A stretch of 19,419 nt of DNA from the NCBI GenBank assembly GCA_049699855.1, contig JBNAWM010000013.1, forward strand, positions 1 to 19,419. The letters run 5' to 3'. Below are positions 16,583 through 19,419 of the stretch, piece after piece; within the stretch, counting starts at the first letter, position 1, and each line of letters starts with the position of its first letter. A program made the position numbers and the translations under genes. The notes beneath the pieces were generated by a model. That model did not search any database. It was not told the DNA's origin and saw nothing but the letters and a program-made list of their open reading frames with translations. This stretch comes from Candidatus Cryosericum sp. (GTDB lineage: Bacteria > Caldisericota > Caldisericia > Cryosericales > Cryosericaceae).

Positions 16583-17257
16583 GTGCGTATACTAGTGGTT
16601 GAAGACGAGCGTTCCCTGTCCGATGCAATTTGCGAGGGTTTGAGAGACAATTTCTTTGCGGTGGACCAGGCATTTGACGGCCGGGAGGCCTTGAGCAAGA
16701 TCGAGGTCGAATTGGCCTATGATCTCATCATTCTGGATATCATGCTTCCGAAGCTTGATGGCATGACCGTGCTGCGCGAGCTCCGCGCGCGCGGACACAA
16801 GATGGCCGTGCTCATGCTGACAGCGCGAAGCGGCGTTGACGACAAAATCGAGAGTTTTGTGGGAGGCGCGGATGATTATCTCACCAAGCCTTTTGACTTC
16901 CGCGAGTTGCTTGCCCGCGTCCATGCTCTGCTCAGGCGTGAGAAGAGCGAGAAGACATCCGTCATCAGGATCGGCGATTTGACAATCAACACCGCAACAA
17001 ACGTTGTCATGCGAGGTGGCAGAGCCATCGAGCTGACCAGGAAAGAATATCAGATCCTCGTCTACCTGTCTCTCAACAGGGGCAGAGTCGTTCCAAAGGA
17101 GGAACTCGAGAATCATCTCTGGGATGAGCACGCGAGCCTCTGGTCTGACACGCTCAGGACCCATGTCAAGAACTTGCGCAAGAAGATCGAGGGGGACGGC
17201 AGGATGGAACTCATCAAAACGTTGCGGGGCATTGGCTATGAAATCGACGCAGATTGA
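16583..17257 (+). CDS. OmpR/PhoB-family response regulator
   Basis: LVVEDE, DLIILDIMLP, LMLTAR, GADDYLTKPF, IKTLRGIGY. GAGGAG RBS before GTG. Overlaps the kinase gene. Confidence 0.96.
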   Translation: MRILVVEDERSLSDAICEGLRDNFFAVDQAFDGREALSKIEVELAYDLIILDIMLPKLDGMTVLRELRARGHKMAVLMLTARSGVDDKIESFVGGADDYLTKPFDFRELLARVHALLRREKSEKTSVIRIGDLTINTATNVVMRGGRAIELTRKEYQILVYLSLNRGRVVPKEELENHLWDEHASLWSDTLRTHVKNLRKKIEGDGRMELIKTLRGIGYEIDAD

Positions 17258-18539
17258 CCGGAAAATCCGAAGGGAGAAGACCAAGCTGTCGGTGCAGTAT
17301 GCGATGGTCACACTCGTCATCGTCGTGCTGCTGATGGTCTCGTTCTACGTGATCTACGCCAGGAATCTCTATGCCAGCTTTGACGCCAGTATCGCTCAAC
17401 GGGCAGCGTCACTTGCCGCAGTCCTGTCCAGCCGGGAAGAGCTGACCCCTGAGACATTGAAGTCGATGAACCTTTCCCAGAACCCTTTTCAAGCCAGCAA
17501 CGAAGTGATTGAGATCACCGATGCAAAGGGGACGATCCTCTTCTCATCTGCTGAGACAGCTGCCGTCAAGATTGTCATCACACCGGGGTCATTTTCGTCT
17601 GGGACATATCCTGAGGATGTAAACAACCAGACAACGCTGGTCAAGATGAGAGCTTATACATCTCCCGTTGAACAGCATACGTACTACGTCAGCGTCGCAC
17701 GAACGTATGATGAGATCGACGCCGCTCTTGGAGGCATCGCCTCCTCGTTCCTGATGACGATTCCTTTTGTGGTCCTCTTGACAGGCCTCGTTTCATACAA
17801 GCTGGCCGGGCTGGCTATCCGCCCGATCGAGGAATCGTACAGGGAGTTGAAGCAGTTCACGGAAGATGCGTCTCATGAGCTGAAGACGCCACTTGCCGCC
17901 ATCAAGGCAAACATTGATGTGGCACTGTCCAAGAATGTCGTTGAGATGGAGTACTATCGAAAGAAACTGTCTGTCATCAACGAGTCCGTTGGCAGGATGG
18001 TGCATATCACCGAGAGCCTGCTGTACCTGTCGCGACTGGACAACCAGGGTGTCGAGAACAGGAGAGAGAGCATAGACGTCCATGCACTGCTTGAAGAAAG
18101 CAGAGAGCACTTTGTGGACGCGGCCCGCCAGCGGGCGGTTGCTCTTGAGGTCGCGGATTTTGGGAGGCTGGAAGCCCAAACCAACCGGGAGGTGCTGGAA
18201 GAGATCGTCGCCATCCTCGTCGAGAATGCGGTGAACTTCAACAGGCCCGGAGGGAAAGTGACGCTGGCCGCCCGTTCAGCCAGGGATGCCATCGAACTAT
18301 CCATTGCGGACACGGGTATTGGCATTGCGCGAGAAGATCTGCCTCGCATCTTCGACCGCTTCTACCGAGCCGAGAAGTCACGTTCGCGAGCAACAGGCGG
18401 AACAGGGCTCGGGTTGGCCATCACTCGCGACCTTGCCGAACTGATTGGCGCGCACATTCAGGTGGAAAGTCAGGAAGGAGTGGGCTCAGTCTTCACCGTG
18501 GTTATCAGCCAAAGCGCACGAAAGAGCGGCGGAAAGTAA
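17238..18539 (+). CDS. Membrane sensor histidine kinase (two TM helices, HisKA, HATPase)
   Basis: H-box FTEDASHELKTPL, N-box LVENAVNF, G1 IADTGIGI, F-box IFDRFYR, G2 GGTGLGL. ATG 17238 overlaps the regulator 3' end. Confidence 0.96.
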   Translation: MKSTQIDRKIRREKTKLSVQYAMVTLVIVVLLMVSFYVIYARNLYASFDASIAQRAASLAAVLSSREELTPETLKSMNLSQNPFQASNEVIEITDAKGTILFSSAETAAVKIVITPGSFSSGTYPEDVNNQTTLVKMRAYTSPVEQHTYYVSVARTYDEIDAALGGIASSFLMTIPFVVLLTGLVSYKLAGLAIRPIEESYRELKQFTEDASHELKTPLAAIKANIDVALSKNVVEMEYYRKKLSVINESVGRMVHITESLLYLSRLDNQGVENRRESIDVHALLEESREHFVDAARQRAVALEVADFGRLEAQTNREVLEEIVAILVENAVNFNRPGGKVTLAARSARDAIELSIADTGIGIAREDLPRIFDRFYRAEKSRSRATGGTGLGLAITRDLAELIGAHIQVESQEGVGSVFTVVISQSARKSGGK

Positions 18540-18607
18540 AGGGTTCTCTACGGGCATCCCATCTTGCTGGCCCGGCGGGAACGACGGCTCAGAGGTTCTG
18601 TGGAATG

Positions 18608-19093
18608 TCAGCCGTCCAGCAGGTCCCTGGCCCAGCGGACGAGATCACTGACACACTGCTCCTTGTCCAACCTCAGGGGCGTCTTGAACCCAATGTGTCC
18701 GGCGACGTTGGCGCCCGGAACGAGTGAGGCCAGGATCTTCTGCGTCTTGACGTCATTGTCTCCATAGCAGGTGAAGAAGGCCACGCGCTTCCCCTTGAGA
18801 TCGGCGTCCTTCAGGAACGAGCGAACGGCCGGCGTCGGTCGGCTGTTCCAGACAGGCGTACCTACGAAGATCAGGTCATAGTGGCCTGCATCATGCGCGA
18901 GAGGGCGCAGCGGGGGTGTCGCGCCTGTGGCAGCGAGGAAGCCTCCCACCATGTACTTCATGAAGCCGCGCGTCGGATGAGGCTTGACCAGCTCCAGCTC
19001 CATGCTGTCCAGCTGCAGTTCCTTGGCCAGCGACCTGGCCAGGTAACGGACGTCGCCATCCAACGAGTAGAAAACGATCAGTGCATTCGCCAT
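18608..19093 (-). CDS. Flavodoxin-family protein
   Basis: ALIVFYSLDGDVRYLA, YDLIFVGTPVW, GKRVAFFTCYG. GGAGG RBS. Confidence 0.9.
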   Translation of the reverse strand: MANALIVFYSLDGDVRYLARSLAKELQLDSMELELVKPHPTRGFMKYMVGGFLAATGATPPLRPLAHDAGHYDLIFVGTPVWNSRPTPAVRSFLKDADLKGKRVAFFTCYGDNDVKTQKILASLVPGANVAGHIGFKTPLRLDKEQCVSDLVRWARDLLDG

Positions 19094-19174
19094 GCGTACC
19101 TCCTATGTGTTCTAAGACTAGGCGGGGGTGCGGATATGTCAAGCGGCCGCCTGCGGAGAGTTTCTGCCGCGTCC

Positions 19175-19419
19175 TCAGGGATGAGCTGAGGTCAGCTTTC
19201 GCCCCAGCGAGGCGCAGTAGATGACAAATTGCTTTGCGGGATCGAATCCAAGGTAGGCGTTGAACTCATCGTCGAAGAAGGCATTGATGGCGCAGACGCC
19301 GCAATCGATGGGCTCGGCGGCCAGATACAGGTTCTGGCAGACATGCCCGGCGTCCAGGAAGAGTCCTCGGTACGCACGCTGGTTGTAGCGCCAGATCATG
19401 CGATAGGGCACGGCGGTCC
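19175..19419 (-). CDS. 3' part of a SagB/ThcOx-type nitroreductase-family protein; 5' end outside window
   Basis: WRY..RAYR..FLDAGHVCQNLYLAAE..GVCAINAFFDD. Frame open to the window edge. Confidence 0.85.
   Translation of the reverse strand, partial: TAVPYRMIWRYNQRAYRGLFLDAGHVCQNLYLAAEPIDCGVCAINAFFDDEFNAYLGFDPAKQFVIYCASLGRKLTSAHP

Noticed and set aside
19175..19419. SagB-type dehydrogenase as a thiazole-forming enzyme for the Cys-rich peptides
   Set aside because: About 6 kb away, no YcaO or cyclodehydratase visible, the peptides have export signals rather than RiPP leaders, and stand-alone SagB-like nitroreductases are common. Sequence beyond the window edge could change this.
1..19419. CRISPR array, tRNA/rRNA, IS or integrase
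   Set aside because: No regularly spaced repeats, cloverleaf or transposase/recombinase motifs were seen on manual reading.

Overview
Bacterial accessory region. Its core (about 556-13290) is a pair of convergent, paralogous operons built from the same four parts: a small signal-peptide-bearing cysteine-rich peptide (1407-1655, 7 Cys in the mature part; 11718-12002, 8 Cys), a duplicated MacB/FtsX-type ABC permease, a LolD/MacB-type ATPase, and a membrane-anchored tandem-thioredoxin protein (CxSC). The left operon also carries a lipoprotein and a thioredoxin-CcdA/DsbD fusion. Both operons start with a near-identical 32-bp promoter element (TTAACG-N5-TTAACR-TTGGAGG-NG-TATGRT, 26/32 identical), a direct repeat with 11-bp period typical of OmpR/PhoB-family sites. 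A related element precedes the PepSY gene, and two OmpR regulators in the window share the recognition-helix segment SLWSDTLRTHV. The left operon looks decayed (two frameshifts, two in-frame stops), and both operons lack their expected stop codons where they meet (about 8520-8560). The right third holds a YgjP/M48-like HExxH protein, a small lipoprotein, a GNAT, PepSY plus a two-component system, a flavodoxin and a partial SagB-type nitroreductase. All calls come from manual motif reading; no database search was run, so novelty is unverified.
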